64,000 nt of DNA from Mobula hypostoma (GCF_963921235.1 NC_086097.1:254016001-254080000), one strand, 5' to 3'. Positions 1 to 13,289 are shown, counted from the first letter of the stretch. Notes: generated from the letters alone by a model not told the origin. Translations and numbers: made by a program.

Positions 1-259
1 TTTCTGCATAATCACTCAAAGAGTTGACCTGCATGTGCATGTAATGAGAGCTGTATAAATCCCCTCCTTCTACCTTAGGCCACGAACCTATCAATCACCC
101 ATCTGTGGACACTTTCTGGAGGTCCAAGATCCGTATGCTCCACAACCGCTGGACTAAATGTGTACATTTAGGAGGGGACTATGTTGAAAAATAAATGTGC
201 TAGGTTTTCTAAAATTGACTCTTTCTACCTTAGGCCACAAACTTATCAATCACTGCTCG

Positions 260-748
260 TACAGTACTTGAAGAAGCACAACCCAGATCATACATGTCCA
301 AACAGAGGAAGGAGCAGTGGTAAGAAGAAATCACAAAGACCTCGGGAAAGGCTTCAGAGATTCAGTTAACTGATGCAGATGAGACAAAACATGTAAATAA
401 TTACAGGGAAACACAAGATCTGTGTGTACCACTTAGAAGGTCTACTCGTGTTCGTAAGCCCACAGAGAGACTGATAGAGACGTGTTGAATTATGTATTTG
501 CTTTGATTAACGTGGTTAATTGTTTTTTTCTTTTTAAGGAAAGGAAGATGTGGTGATATCAGGTGCAATGATGTGCCAGTACATGATTGGACAGAGCACT
601 AAGCATGCGCGGGATTGCCAGAATGTTCCAGCACATGGCTGGGTTAAGACGTGTTTGTTTATTACTGTAAATAAAAGCTCTCTAATTCTTCCAGAATATG
701 ATTCTGTACTGTTAGCCCACAGTACGTTTAAAGAGAAGTAACATAACA
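260..748 (+). mobile_element. 3' end of a Gypsy LTR retrotransposon: pol C-terminus, polypurine tract (~536-548), 200-bp LTR (549-748)
   Basis: Decayed frame reads PRSYM..TEEGAVVRRNHKDL...LRRSTRVRKPTERLIETC*. AAGGAAAGGAAGA directly precedes TGTGGTGATATC...TAACATAACA. The same LTR occurs twice at 31277-31475 and 33413-33590. Confidence 0.85.
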
Positions 749-754
749 ATTTCA

Positions 755-828
755 TGGGGAATGAAAACCAATTTCCCCTGGGATCAATAAAGTATGACTA
801 TGACTATGACTATGACTATGACTATGAC
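755..828 (+). repeat. LINE 3' tail (Rex1/Babar-like) ending in (ATGACT)n
   Basis: AATTTCCCCTGGGATCAATAAAGT followed by (ATGACT)n. A reverse-complement relative lies at ~44633-44690. Confidence 0.6.
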
Positions 829-829
829 A

Positions 830-2626
830 ATCATGTCTGCTGACCAGTCAAGCATATGATTAGGGGTATTAATGTACGCGCCTAGAAAGGGAAAGGATAA
901 ATTCAGCAGCTTGTGGAATGAACTGCTGATAGAAATCAAGCAAACCTAAAAATGTGTGTAATTTTTTAGTAGTGCAGGGCAGTGGGAAATCCATAATAGC
1001 AGCTACTTTTGATGAGAGGGGTTTCGAACCTTCTGCGGAGATGCGATGGCTGAGAAAATCAATGGTTGACAATTGAAACTGCCATCTTGGGAATGCCATC
1101 CGAGCACACAGGTACCTTATGGTAGCCCCTAACTGGACTGACTTCAGAAAAAAATAACTTTCTGGCTAAATGTGCCAAAAAGTCTTGAATGTATAGGGCT
1201 AGGTGGCCTATTTAATGTGTCGATTATCACCACCTGGGTGGCAGCCACTGTCGGAGTTAGGGACCATATGGAGGGACAAAGTCCAGGGTCTGTTCAACCG
1301 GCATACAATGCCAAGACTTTCCATGTTGGCAAACTCAGCCTTCACGGTTGCCAGCTTTCTGGATCCAGTCCACGCACACAGGCATGGACTGGGGGGCCAG
1401 CTGTGGGAATCTGTTGTTCAACCCCATGCTTTGTGACTGTAGTGGAGGATGTGGGCTTGGTGAGGTCTGGGAATTCACCCAGCAGTCGAGTAAACTCACA
1501 TGTGGTGCTGCGTGTACTTGACAAATTCATTGTGGGGAAATTATTGGGGGAACAGGTCAACAACCCAAAGTCCTTGGCGTCCATAAGCCGGCAGTCCTTA
1601 AGATTGTCTAATAGTCCTTGGGCACACAGGAAATCTGGCAGCACACTTCTCGAGCACCTGTGTCACACAGGAAACATCGCCCTGAAAGGGTATCTGTAAC
1701 GAACAGCGGATGGTCCTGGCAGCTGGAAGCCACAGTGTTCTCAGACCTCTGATGCCCCGATGCGCTGCCACTGCCACAGCCACAGGGTAGTTGGCACTTC
1801 CTGGTGTTCATACCAAATGAGCATGGTTAAAATCGCAAGCCTGGCGTCATGTGTTTCGCAGGTATCCTTATGCTGGGGGGCCATGCTGATGAGGCTTATT
1901 GAGGTCCAGACAGGAGGAGGATTGATGCACTGCTGCCTGGCTGAGTGTAGACTATCAGCAAACTCTCTACAGTCCTTCACGGGTGCATTGGCAAGGGCTA
2001 TGTGAGCTTGATCAGGTATTTGAAGCATGAAGAGTTTTTTAAAAACTAAAACAAGGATGGTGATTTCCTGGGAGAGAGAGCATGTGGTCCATTAGCCCTG
2101 ACGACTGAGCAAGGAGAGCAACTGTCTTGTGCTCCCAGATTCTGATAGTCCAAAAGTGTGTAAAAGCTGAGTTTTCAGCCACTGGTATTTGTCCTGCTCA
2201 TGTGGGTGTTCTAGTAGACTCACCACTCTCACAGCCATGGAGTTACTGAGCGATACCACTACATAGTGCTGTTGGCGGAGATTTCTTGCAGGGTGAATTG
2301 GGCCTCAGATGGTCCAAACCAAGCAATGGTACTTGGTTTCCTAAACTTTGGCAGTTTCAAAGTGACTGTTTTGGCCGACTTGTTCTAAAACTCTGGAATT
2401 GTTCTTGAGCATTGGGGTCACCAATGCAGGTTTTCACATATAAAATGGCAGAGGCTCTTTTTGTTTAAGAAAAATCTAAAACAACTCATTTATTGTGCTC
2501 CAAACATTGAACATAAGGCATGGTATAAGTACTTTACATAATTACATCATCACATCTGACCAGCTTCTTAAATTAAACCGCAACTCAATGTCAGAGACTG
2601 AGTTATGTACATTTCCACCAATTACA
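830..2626 (-). mobile_element. Decayed Gypsy retrotransposon: putative 5' LTR (~2425-2626), tRNA-Trp PBS (2412-2423), gag, protease and RT fragments
   Basis: Minus-strand ORF pieces: LFVTDTLSGRCFLCDTGA (aspartic protease), DFLSHRISAEGSKPLSSKVAAIMDFPLP..FLGLLDFY (RT thumb). TGGTGACCCC follows the LTR end. Confidence 0.75.
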
Positions 2627-2873
2627 TTATACTGACTTTATCCCATCAGCTGCCCTCCAGCAATTGTGCAACTGCGCATGTGTAACAAAAATATTTTAAA
2701 GTTTGTTCTTTTGTGGTTCAGCAGCAAGAGGTACTTGGAAACAGAGGAACCACTGAATATGTGTTAGAGGCCACAAGAAATCACTTTATCAGAATCATGT
2801 AAAGAATAAAATTCAGAAAGAGAGAGAAATGATTAGTGTGGTAGTTGCACAGAAAAAAGCATACTATCCAGTT

Positions 2874-3005
2874 ACAAACAGAGAAAATCTGCAAATGCTG
2901 GAAATCCAGAGCAACGCACACAAAGCTGGAGGAACTCAGCAGGCCAGGCAGCATCTATGGAAAAGAGTACAGTCGATGTTTTGGGCCGAGATCTTCCATC
3001 AAGAC
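2874..3005 (-). mobile_element. Penelope-like element 3' terminal fragment
   Basis: Reverse complement resembles 43185-43315 (GATGCTGCCTGGCCTGCTGAGTTCCTCCAGC...). Confidence 0.75.
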
Positions 3006-3084
3006 TGACATTATTCAGTTAATGGGCTGAGCTGTATAATGCCACAGGGAATCATAGGACCAAAAGCATTCATGCATCTCCCGA

Positions 3085-3190
3085 ACTCTCACCAACTCTC
3101 TCTCTCTATCTTTTTAACTCTCTAACTTTAATTCTCTCTTTCTAACTCTCTAGCTCACTCTCTCTATCTCACTCTCTCTCTGTCTTTCTC
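3085..3190. repeat. Degenerate (CT)n-rich microsatellite
   Basis: Runs of CTCTCT visible in the sequence. Confidence 0.7.
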
Positions 3191-3576
3191 AGAATATCAG
3201 TTGGCAGCCACAGCTGTGCAATGAGCTCACCTTCCCCAGACTAAAACGTGCTCGTCATCATCGACTCTCAAGGCTGTAGACCGGTACCTCCTCTCACATT
3301 CCCTCATTCCAGGCTAACACCATCTTGTCTCACAAACTTCCATTTTATTTTAGCATTTACCAAGGAGGAGTTAAATTTAGCTCTTTCCTCACAATATGCT
3401 TGGTCAGTGGGAGGGCAGTGCATGCATGGTGTGGGAGAAGGCAGCGAGGAGATGTGTGGAGAAGGGTTAAACCACATGTCTTTGAAGCCTCTCCACCATG
3501 CTGCACGAGACTTCCCAACAGGGGCACTGGTCCATTTTAGCTACAATGTGCTGCCAGGGGTGGCGATACAGGCAGA

Positions 3577-3800
3577 TATAGAACATAGGACATAGAACAG
3601 TACAGCACAGTACAGGCCCTTCGGCCCACAATGTTGTGCTGACCTTCAAACCCTACCTCCCATATAACCCCCCACCTTAAATTCCTCCATATACTGTAGC
3701 TGTCTAGCAGGTCTATATTACAGACCATGAAGAGACTCTTGGACAGGCACATGATGGTAGAAAAATGCAGGGCTATGTTTGAAGGAAGAGGTAGATTCAT
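3577..3800. mobile_element. Two short CR1 3'-end fragments in opposite orientations
   Basis: CATAGAACAGTACAGCACAGTACAGGCCCTTCGGCCC (minus-strand CR1 tail), then a plus-strand AAGAGACTCTTGGACAGGCACATG segment. Confidence 0.6.
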
Positions 3801-5770
3801 CTAGCTAAAAATATTTCTTTGCATCTCTGTTCTGAAAGGGCCCCCTTCAATCCTTAAGTCATGCCCTCTCGTACTAGACTCCCCCAGCTTGGGAAACAAT
3901 TTTGCCACATCCACTCTGTCCATGCCTTTCAACATTCGAAATGTTTCTGAGGTCTCCCCTCATTCTTCTAAACTCCAAGGAATACAGTCCAAGAGCGGAC
4001 AAACGTTCCTCATATGTTAACCCTCTCATTCCCAGAATCATTCTAGTGAATCTTCTCTGTACCCTCTCCAACGTCAGCACATCCTTTCTTAAATAAGGAT
4101 CCCAAAACAGCCCACAGTACTCCAAGTGAGGTCTTACCAGTGCCTTATAGAGCCTCAACATCACATCCCTGCTCCTATATTCTATTCTTCTAGAAATGAA
4201 TGCCAACATTGCGTTCGTCTTCTTCACCACCGACTCAACCTGGAGGTTAACCTTAAGGGTATCCTGTACGAGGACTCCCAAGTCCCGTTGCATCTCAGAA
4301 CTTTGAATTCTCTCCCCATTTAAGTAATAGTCTGCCCGTTTATTTCTTCTGCCAAAGTGCATACCCATACACTTTCCAACATTGTATTTCATTTGGCACT
4401 TCTTTGCCCATTCTTCCAATCTATCCAAGTCTCTCTGCAGACTCTCTGTTTCCTCAGCACTACCAGCCCCTCCACCTATCTTCGTATCATCAGCAAACTT
4501 AGCCACAAAGCCACCTATTCCATAATCTAAATCGTTGATGTACAATGTAAAAAGAAGCGGCTCCAACACTGATCCCTGCGGAACACCACTGGTAACCGGC
4601 AGCCAACCAGAATAGGATCCCTTTATTCCCACTCTCTGTTTCCTGCCAATCAGCCAAAGCTCTATCCACGTATGTAACTTTCCCGTAATTCCATGGGCTC
4701 TTATCTTGTTAAGTAGCCTCATGTGTGGCACCTTGTCAAAGGCCTTCTGAAAATCCAAATATACAACATCCACTGCATCTCCCTTGTCTAGCCTACTGGT
4801 AATTTCCTCAAAAAATTGTAATAGGTTTGTCAGGCAGGATTTTCCTTTAAGGAATCCATGCTGAGTTTTGCCTATCTTGTCATATGCCTCCAGGTACTCT
4901 GTAACCTCATCCTTGACAATCGACTCCAACAACTTCCCAACCACCGACATCAAGCTAACAGGTCTATAATTTCCTTTTTGCTTCCTCGCCTCCTTCTTAA
5001 ATAGTGGAGTGACATTTGCAATCTTCCAGTCCTCCGGAACCATGCCAAAATCTATCGACTTTTGGAAGATCATCGCTAATGCCTCCGCAATCTCCACAGC
5101 TACTTCCTTCAGAACACGAGGGTGCATTCCATCTGGTCCAGGAGATTTATCTACCTTTAGCCTATTCAGCTTCCTGAGTACTTTCTCTGTCGTAATTGTG
5201 ACTGCGCACACTTCTCTCCCTGCCACCCTTGAGTGTCCGGTATACTGCTGATGTCTTCCTCAGTGAAGACTGATGCAAAATACTCTTTCAGTTCCTCTGC
5301 CATCTCCTTATCTCCCATTACAATTTCTCCAGCATCATTTTCTATCGGTCCTATATCTACTCTCATCTGTATTTTACTCTTTATATACTTGAAAAAGCTT
5401 TTAGTATCCTTTTTGATATTATTTGCTAGCTTCGCTTCATAGTTAATCTTTTCCCTCTTAATGACCTTCTTAGTTTCCTTCTGTAAGCTTTTAAAAACTT
5501 CCCAATCCTCTGTCTTCCCACTAATTTTTGCTTCCTTGTATGCCCTCTCCTTTGCTTTAACTTTGGCTTTGACTTCTCTTGTCAGCCACGGTTGCATCCT
5601 TTTTCCATTCGAAAATTTCTTCTTTTTTGGAATATATCTGTCTTGCACCTTCCTCACTTCCCACATAAACTCCAGCCACTGCTGCTCTGCCGTCCTTCCC
5701 GCCAACGTCCCTTTCCAGTCAACTTTGGCCAGTTCCTCTCTCATGCCACTGTAATTTCCTTTACTCCACT

Positions 5771-6385
5771 GAAATTGTACTCTACTGCAGTTGTACAAGG
5801 CCTTGGTGAGACCACACCTGGAGTATTGTGTGCAGTTTTGGTCCCCTAATCTGAGGAAAGACATCCTTGCCATAGAGGGAGTACAAAGAAGGTTCACCAG
5901 ATTGATTCCTGGGATGGCAGGACTTTCATATGAAGAAAGACTGGATGAACTGGGCTTGTACTCGTTGGAATTTAGAAGATTGAGGGGGGATCTGATTGAA
6001 ACGTATAAGATCCTAAAGGGATTGGACAGGCTAGATGCAGGAAGATTGTTCCTGATGTTGGGGAAGTCCAGAACGAGGGGCCACAGTTTGAGGATAGAGG
6101 GGAAGCCTTTTAGGACCGAGATTAGGAAAAACTTCTTCACACAGAGAGTGGTGAATCTGTGGAATTCTCTGCCACAGGTAACAGTTGAGGCCAGTTCATT
6201 GGCTATATTTAAGAGGGAGTTAGATATGGCCCTTGTGGCTACGGGGGTCAGGGGGTATGGAGGGAAGGCTGGGGCGGGGTTCTGAGTTGGAGGATCAGCC
6301 ATGATCATAATAAATGGCGGTGCAGGCTCGAAGGGCCGAATGGCCTACTCCTGCACCTATTTTCTATGTTTCTATGTTTCTATGT
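5771..6385 (+). mobile_element. 5'-truncated CR1 nested in the host CR1
   Basis: ORF 5791-6285 is the ORF2 C-terminus, nearly identical to 12530-13120, with a (TTTCTATG)3 tail. Confidence 0.9.
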
Positions 6386-6738
6386 AATACCGACACATCG
6401 GATTTCGGCTTCTCTTTCTCAAATTTCACAGTGAACTCAATCATGTTATGATCACTGCCTCCTAAGGGTTCCTTCACCTCAATCTCTCTAATCACCTCCA
6501 GTTCATTATGCAATACTCAATCCAGTACAGCCGATCCCCTAGTGGGCTCAATAACAAGCTGTTCTAAAAAGCCTTCTCGCAGACATTCTACAAATTCTCT
6601 CTCTTGAGGTCCAGTGCTGCTCTGATTTTCCTAATCCACTCGCATGTTAAAATTCCCCACAATTATCATAATACTGCCCTTCTGACAAATCTTTTCAATT
6701 TCCTGTTGTAATTTGTAGTCCACATCACTGCAGCTGTT

Positions 6739-7957
6739 AGAACATAGAATAGTACAGCACATTACAGGCCCTTCGGCCCACAATTTTGTGCTGACCCTCA
6801 AACCCTGCCTCCCATATAACCCCCCACCTTAAATTCTTCCATATGCCTGTCTAATAGTCTCTTAAACTTCACTAGTGTATCTGCCTCCACCACTGACTCA
6901 GGCAGTGCATTCCATGCACCAACCACTCTCTGAGTAAAAAACCTTCCTCTAATATCCCCTTTGAACTTCCCACCCCTTACCTTAAAGCCATGTCTCTTGT
7001 ATTGAGCAGCGGTGCCCTGGGGAAGAGGCACTGGCTATCCACTCTATCTATTCCTCTTATTATCTTGTACACCTCTATCATGTCTGCTCTCATCCTCTTT
7101 CTCTCCAAAGAGTAAAGCCCTAGCTCCCTTAATCACTGATCATAATCCATACTCTCTAAACCAGGCAGCATCCTGGTAAATCTCCTCTGTACACTTTCCA
7201 ATCCTTCCACATCCTTCCTATAGTGAGACGAACAGAAATGGACACAGTACTCCAAATGTGGCCTAACCAGAGTTTTATAGAGCTGCATCATTACCTCGCG
7301 ACTCTTAAACTCTATCCCTCGACTTATGAAAGCTAACACCCCATAAGCTTTCTTAATTACCCCATCCACCTGCGAGGCAACTTTCAGGGATCTGTGGACA
7401 TGTACCCTGAGATCCCTCTGCTCCTCCACACTACGAAGTATCCTGCCATTTACTTTGTACTCTGCCTTGGAGTTTGTCCTTCCAAAGTGTACCACCTCAC
7501 ACTTCTCCAGGTTGAACTCCATCTGCCACTTCTCAGCCCACTTCTGCATCCTATCAATGTCTCTCTGCAATCTTTGACAATCCTCTACACTATCTACAAC
7601 ACCACCAACCTTTGTGTCGTCTGCAAACTTGCCAACCCACCCTTCTACCTCCACATCCAAGTCATTAATGAAAATCACGAAAAGTAGAGGTCCCAGAACA
7701 GATCCTTGTGGGACACCACTAGTCACAATCCTCCAATCTGAATGTACTCCCTCCACCACCACCCTCTGCCTTCTGCAGGCAAGCCAATTCTGAATCCACC
7801 TGGCCAAACTTCCCTGGATCCCATGACTTCTGAATTTCTGAATAAGCCTACCGTGTGGAACCTTGTCAAATGCCTTACTAAAATCCATATAGATCACATC
7901 CACTGCACTACCCTCATCTATATGCCTGGTCACTTCCTCAGAGAACTCTATCAGGTT
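6739..7957 (-). mobile_element. 5'-truncated CR1 of a different subfamily nested in the host CR1
   Basis: ORF 7133-8038 carries RT motifs ([23 protein letters not shown]). The tail is at ~6739, and TGTT is present at both junctions. Confidence 0.85.
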
Positions 7958-8509
7958 TGTTTGGAGGCCTGTATATAACTGCCATGAGGATCCTTTTACT
8001 CCTGCGATTTGTTTGCTCAACCCATAAAGATTCTGCACCTTTCGATCATATGTCGCCTCTTTCTAATGATTTAATGTCATTTCTTACCAATAAAGCCACG
8101 CCTCCGCCTCTGCCTACCTTCCTATCCTTCCGATACACCGTGTATCCTTGGACGTTAAGCTCCCGGAGACATGTATCCTTTAGCCAGGTCTCAGTGATGG
8201 CCACAATATCATACCTGCCAATCTGTAGCTGTACGACAAGATCATCCACCTTATTTCTTATGCTGCGTGCATTTAAGTCCAACACCTTAAGACCAATATT
8301 TGCTTTGATTGCACTGCAACTTTATTGCACTGCAACTCATCCCAATGGCTGCAAATTTGCCCCATCACCTGCCTGTCCTTCCTGACATCTTTACTGCTCA
8401 CTATCTTAGATTTGTTTCTGTTTTCCCCTTCCTCCGCTCTATCATTCCGGTTCCCATCCCCCTGCCAAATTAGTTTAAACCCTCCCTAACAGCACTATTA
8501 AACTTTCCC

Positions 8510-8920
8510 GCTTTCTGAGAGGCGGGACTGCGCAGGCGTGTGACGTCGGGCAGTGCAGCACGGCAGATTTAAAAGGGCAGACATCCTGCTTCGGATTTGA
8601 TTCGAAGAAGGAGTCTGAGAGTCTGAGTGGGAGTGCCGAGAAAGAGATTTTTGAAATTTTCGTTATTTTTTTTCTCCAACAGCTTTCTGAGAGGCGGGAC
8701 TGCGCAGGCGTGTGACGTCGGGCAGTGCAGCGCGGCAGATTTAAAAGGGCAGACATCCTGCTTCGGATTTGATTCGAAGAAGGAGTCTGAGAGTCTGAGT
8801 GGGAGTGCCGAGAAAGAGATTTTTGAAATTTTCGTTATTTTTTTTCTCCAACGGCTTTCTGAGAGGCGGGACTGCGTAGGCGTGTGACGTCGGGCAGTGC
8901 AGCGCGGCAGATTTAAAAGG
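8510..8920 (+). repeat. Tandem 172-bp monomers (about 2.4 copies) in the CR1 5' UTR
   Basis: GCTTTCTGAGAGGCGGGACTGCG starts at 8510, 8682 and 8854. The units are near-identical. Confidence 0.95.
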
Positions 8921-9082
8921 AACAGAGCCTCAGAGAGCGGGCAGCGTAGTTTGCGGGCGGCGGAGTGAGCCGGGAGCAGAGTGAAGACTTAAGGGCTTCG
9001 GCTCAACGGGCTTAGGCGGAAGCGGGCGAGGCGAGGAAGGTTTGACATTCATTTTCTGTTGCTATTTGAGGAGAGGGGCATT

Positions 9083-10018
9083 ATGACTGTGAGGGCAGTT
9101 TGCTGTTCTCGGTGTCGGATGTGGGAGGTCCTGGAGTCTCCAAGCCTCCCGGACGTCTACATCTGCGCCAAGTGCATCGAGATGCAGCTCCTAAGGGACC
9201 GCGTTACGGAACTGGAGCTGCAGCTCGATGACCTTCGTCTGGTCAGGGAGAGCGAGGAGGTGATAGAGAGGAGTGGAAGGCAGGTGGTCACGCCGGGGCC
9301 ACGGGAGGCAGACAAGTGGGTCACGGTTAGGAGGGGGGAGGGGAAAAGGCAGGTGATGGGGAGTACCTCGGCGGCTGTGCCCCTTAACAACAGGTACTCC
9401 TGTTTGAGTACTGTTGCAGGGGACAGCTTACCCGGGGGAAGCGACAGTGGCCCTGCCTCCGGCACAGAGTCTGGCCCTGTAGCTCAGAAGGGTAGGGCAA
9501 GGAAGAGGAGGGCAGTTGTGATAGGGGACTCGATAGTAAGGGGGTCAGATAGGTGATTCTGTGGACGCAGTCCAGAGACTCGGATGGTAGTTTGCCTCCC
9601 TGGTGCCAGGGTCCGGGATATTTCTGATCGTGTCCAAGATATCCTGAAGTGGGAGGGTGAGGAGCCAGAGGTCCTGGTACATATAGGTACCAATGACATA
9701 GGTAGGAAAAGGGATGAGGTCCTGAAAGAAGAATATAGGGAGCTAGGAAGGGAGTTGAGAAAAAGGACCGCAAAGGTAGTAATCTCGGGATTACTGCCTG
9801 TGCCACGCGACAGTGAGAGTAGGAATGCGATGAGGTGGAGGATAAATGCGTGGCTGAGGGATTGGAGCAGGGGGCAGGGATTCAAGTTTTTGGATCATTG
9901 GGACCTCTTTTGGCGCAGGTGTGACCTGTACAAAAAGGACGGGTTACACTTAAATCCTAGGGGGACCAATATCCTGGCAGGGAGATTAGCGGGGGCTACT
10001 GAGGTGACTTTAAACTAG
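9083..10018 (+). pseudogene. CR1 ORF1 (Cys-rich/leucine zipper + SGNH esterase) with one premature stop at 9554-9556
   Basis: CxxC..CxxC, then LELQLDDL, GDSIVRG, HIGTND and DGLHL. ORFs 9059-9556 and 9584-10018 are in the same frame. Confidence 0.88.
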
Positions 10019-10023
10019 AATGG

Positions 10024-13000
10024 TTGGGGGGTGGGAATCAAATTAAAGAGGCTAGGTGTGAGGAGGTTAGTTCACAACAGAGGGATGGGAACCAGTGCAG
10101 AGAGACAGAGGGGTGTAAAGTGAGCGTAGAAGCAAAAAGTACAAAGGGGAAAAGTAAAAGTGGCAGGCCGACAAATCCAGGGCAAGCATTAAAAAGGGCT
10201 AAGAGAGTTGTAAAAGAGCGCCTGAAGGCTTTATGTGTCAATGCAAGGAGCATTCGTAATAAGGTGGATGAATTGAAAGTGCAGATTGTTATTAATGATT
10301 ATGATATAGTTGGGATCACAGAGACATGGCTCCAGCGTGACCAGGGATGGGAGCTCAACGTTCAGGGATATTCAATATTCAGGAGGGATAGACATGAAGG
10401 AAGGGGAGGTGGGGTGGCGTTGCTGGTTAAAAAAGAGATTAACGCAATAGAAAGGAAGGACATAAGCCGGGAAGATGTGGAATCGATATGGGTAGAGCTG
10501 CGTAACACTAAGGGGCAGAAGACGCTGGTGGGAGTTGTGTACAGGCCACCTAACAGTAGTAGTGAGGTCGGAGATGGTATTAAACAGGAAATTAGAAATG
10601 TGTGCAATAAAGGAACAGCAGTTATAATGGGTGACTTCAATCTACATGTAGACTGGGTGAACCAAATTGGTAAAGGTGCTGAGGAAAAGGATTTCTTGGA
10701 ATGTATGCGGGATGGTTTTTTGAACCAACATGTCGAGGAACCGACTAGAGAGCAGGCTATTCTGGACTGGGTTTTGAGCAATGAGGAAGGGTTAATTAGC
10801 GATCTTGTCGTGAGAGGCCCCTTGGGTAAGAGTGACCATAATATGGTGGAATTCTTCATTAACATGGAGAGTGACGTAGTTAATTCAGAAACAAAGGTTC
10901 TGAACTTAAAGAGGGGTAACTTTGAAGGTATGAGTCGTGAATTAGCTAAGATAGACTGGCAAATGACACTTAAAGGATTGACGGTGGATATGCAATGGCA
11001 GGCATTTAAAGGTTGCATGGATGAACTACAACAATTGTTCATCCCAGTTTGGCAAAAGAATAAATCAAGGAAGGTAGTGCACCCGTGGCTGACAAGAGAA
11101 ATTAGGGATAGTATCAATTCCAAAGAAGTAGCATACAAATTAGCCAGAGAAAGTGGCTCACCTGAGGACTGGGAGAAATTCAGAGTTCAGCAGAGGAGGA
11201 CAAAGGGCTTAATTAGGAAGGGGAAAAAAGATTATGAGAGAAAACTGGCAGAGAACATAAAAACGGACTGTAAAAGCTTTTATAGATATGTAAAAAGGAA
11301 AAGACTGATAAAGACAAATGTAGGTCCCCTGCAAACAGAAACAGGTGAATTGATTATGGGGAGCAAGGACATGGCAGACCAATTGAATAATTACTTTGGT
11401 TCTGTCTTCACTAAGGAGGACATAAATAATCTTCCAGAAATAGTAAGGGACAGAGGGTCCAGTGAGATGGAGGAACTGAGCGAAATACATGTTAGTAGGG
11501 AAGTGGTGTTAGGTAAATTGAAGGGATTGAAGGCAGATAAATCCCCAGGGCCAGATGTGGCCAGATGCATCCCAGAGTGCTTAAGGAAGTAGCCCAAGAA
11601 ATAGTGGATGCATTAGTGATAATTTTTCAAAACTCGTTAGATTCTGGACTAGTTTCTGAGGATTGGAGGGTGGCTAATGTAACCCCACTTTTTAAAAAAG
11701 GAGGGAGAGAGAAACCGGGGAATTATAGGCCGGTTAGCCTAACGTCGGTGGTGGGGAAACTGCTGGAGTCAGTTATCAAGGATGTGATAACAGCACATTT
11801 GGAAAGCGGTGAAATGATTGGACAAAGTCAGCATGGATTTGTGAAAGGAAAATCATGTCTGACGAATCTCATAGAATTTTTTGAGGATGTAACTAGTAGA
11901 GTGGATAGGGGAGAACCAGTGGATGTGGTATATTTGGATTTTCAAAAGGCTTTTGACAAGGTCCCACACAGGAGATTAGTGTGCAAACTTAAAGCACACG
12001 GTATTGGGGGTAAGGTATTGGTGTGGGTGGAGAATTGGTTAGCAGACAGGAAGCAAAGAGTGGGAATAAACGGGACCTTTTCAGAATGGCAGGCGGTGAC
12101 TAGTGGGGTACCGCAAGGCTCAGTGCTGGGACCCCAGTTGTTTACAATATATATTAATGACTTGGATGAGGGAATTAAATGCAGCATCTCCAAGTTTGCG
12201 GATGACACGAAGCTGGGTGGCAGTGTTAGCAGTGAGGAGGATGCTAAGAGGATGCAGGGTGACTTGGATAGGTTGGGTGAGTGGGCAAACTCATGGCAGA
12301 TGCAATTTAATGTGGATAAATGTGAAGTTATCCACTTTGGTGGCAAAAATAGGAAAACAGATTATTATCTGAATGGTGGCCGATTAGGAAAAGGGGAGGT
12401 GCAACGAGACCTGGGTGTCATTATACACCAGTCATTGAAAGTGGGCATGCAGGTACAGCAGGCGGTGAAAAAGGCGAACGGTATGCTGGCATTTATAGCG
12501 AGAGGATTCGAGTACAGGAGCAGGGAGGTACTACTGCAGTTGTACAAGGCCTTGGTGAGACCACACCTGGAGTATTGTGTGCAGTTTTGGTCCCCTAATC
12601 TGAGGAAAGACATCTTTGCCATAGAGGGAGTACAAAGAAGGTTCACCAGATTGATTCCTGGGATGGCAGGTCTTTCATATGAAGAAAGACTGGATGAACT
12701 GGGCTTGTACTCGTTGGAATTTAGAAGATTGAGGGGGGATCTGATTGAAACATATAAAATCCTAAAGGGATTGGACAGGCTAGATGCGGGAAGATTGTTC
12801 CCGATGTTGGGGAGGTCCAGAACGAGGGGTCACAGTTTGAGGATAGAGGGGAAGCCTTTTAGGACCGAGATTAGGAAAAACTTCTTCACACAGAGAGTGG
12901 TGAATCTGTGGAATTCTCTGCCACAGCAAACTGTTGAGGCCAGTTCATTAGCTATGTTTAAAAGGAAGTTAGATATGGCCCTTGTGGCTACAGGGGTCAG

Positions 13001-13028
13001 GGGGTATGGAGGGAAGGCTGGGTTCTGA
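10024..13028 (+). pseudogene. CR1 ORF2 (APE endonuclease + reverse transcriptase) with one frameshift near 11549-11568
   Basis: ORF 10024-11592 (VNARS, ETWL, GDFN, SDH) overlaps ORF 11565-13028 ([14 protein letters not shown]). GGCCAGATG is duplicated at the break. Confidence 0.92.
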
Positions 13029-13289
13029 GTTGGATGATCAGCCATGATCATAATAAATGGCGGTGCAGGCTCGAAGGGCCGAATGGCCTACTCCTGCACC
13101 TATTTTCTATGTTTCTATGTTTCTATGATAGTGGTCCCCTTCGGGTTCAGGTGTAACCCGTCCATTTTGAACAGGTCATACCCCTGCCCCTGACACCAGT
13201 CTCTCAGCCACGCGTTGATCTGCCTGATCCGACTATTCTTGCCCTCGCTAGCCTGTGGCACAGGTAGCAATCCCGAGATTACTACCCTG

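Larger units (their letters stand above)
8510..13126 (+). mobile_element. Apparently full-length CR1 LINE (5' monomer repeats, ORF1, ORF2, (TTTCTATG)n tail)
   Basis: CpG-rich 5' UTR, ORF1, APE+RT ORF2 and 3' tail in order. The host CR1 sequence resumes on both sides. Confidence 0.92.

Noticed and set aside
67..253. ~30-bp direct repeat TTCTACCTTAGGCCAC.AAC.TATCAATCAC (two copies)
   Set aside because: Probably internal to a transposon cut by the window edge. It cannot be classified from what is visible.
5166..6308. 380-aa minus-strand ORF
   Set aside because: A chance fusion of antisense CR1 insert sequence with the host CR1 ORF2 frame.
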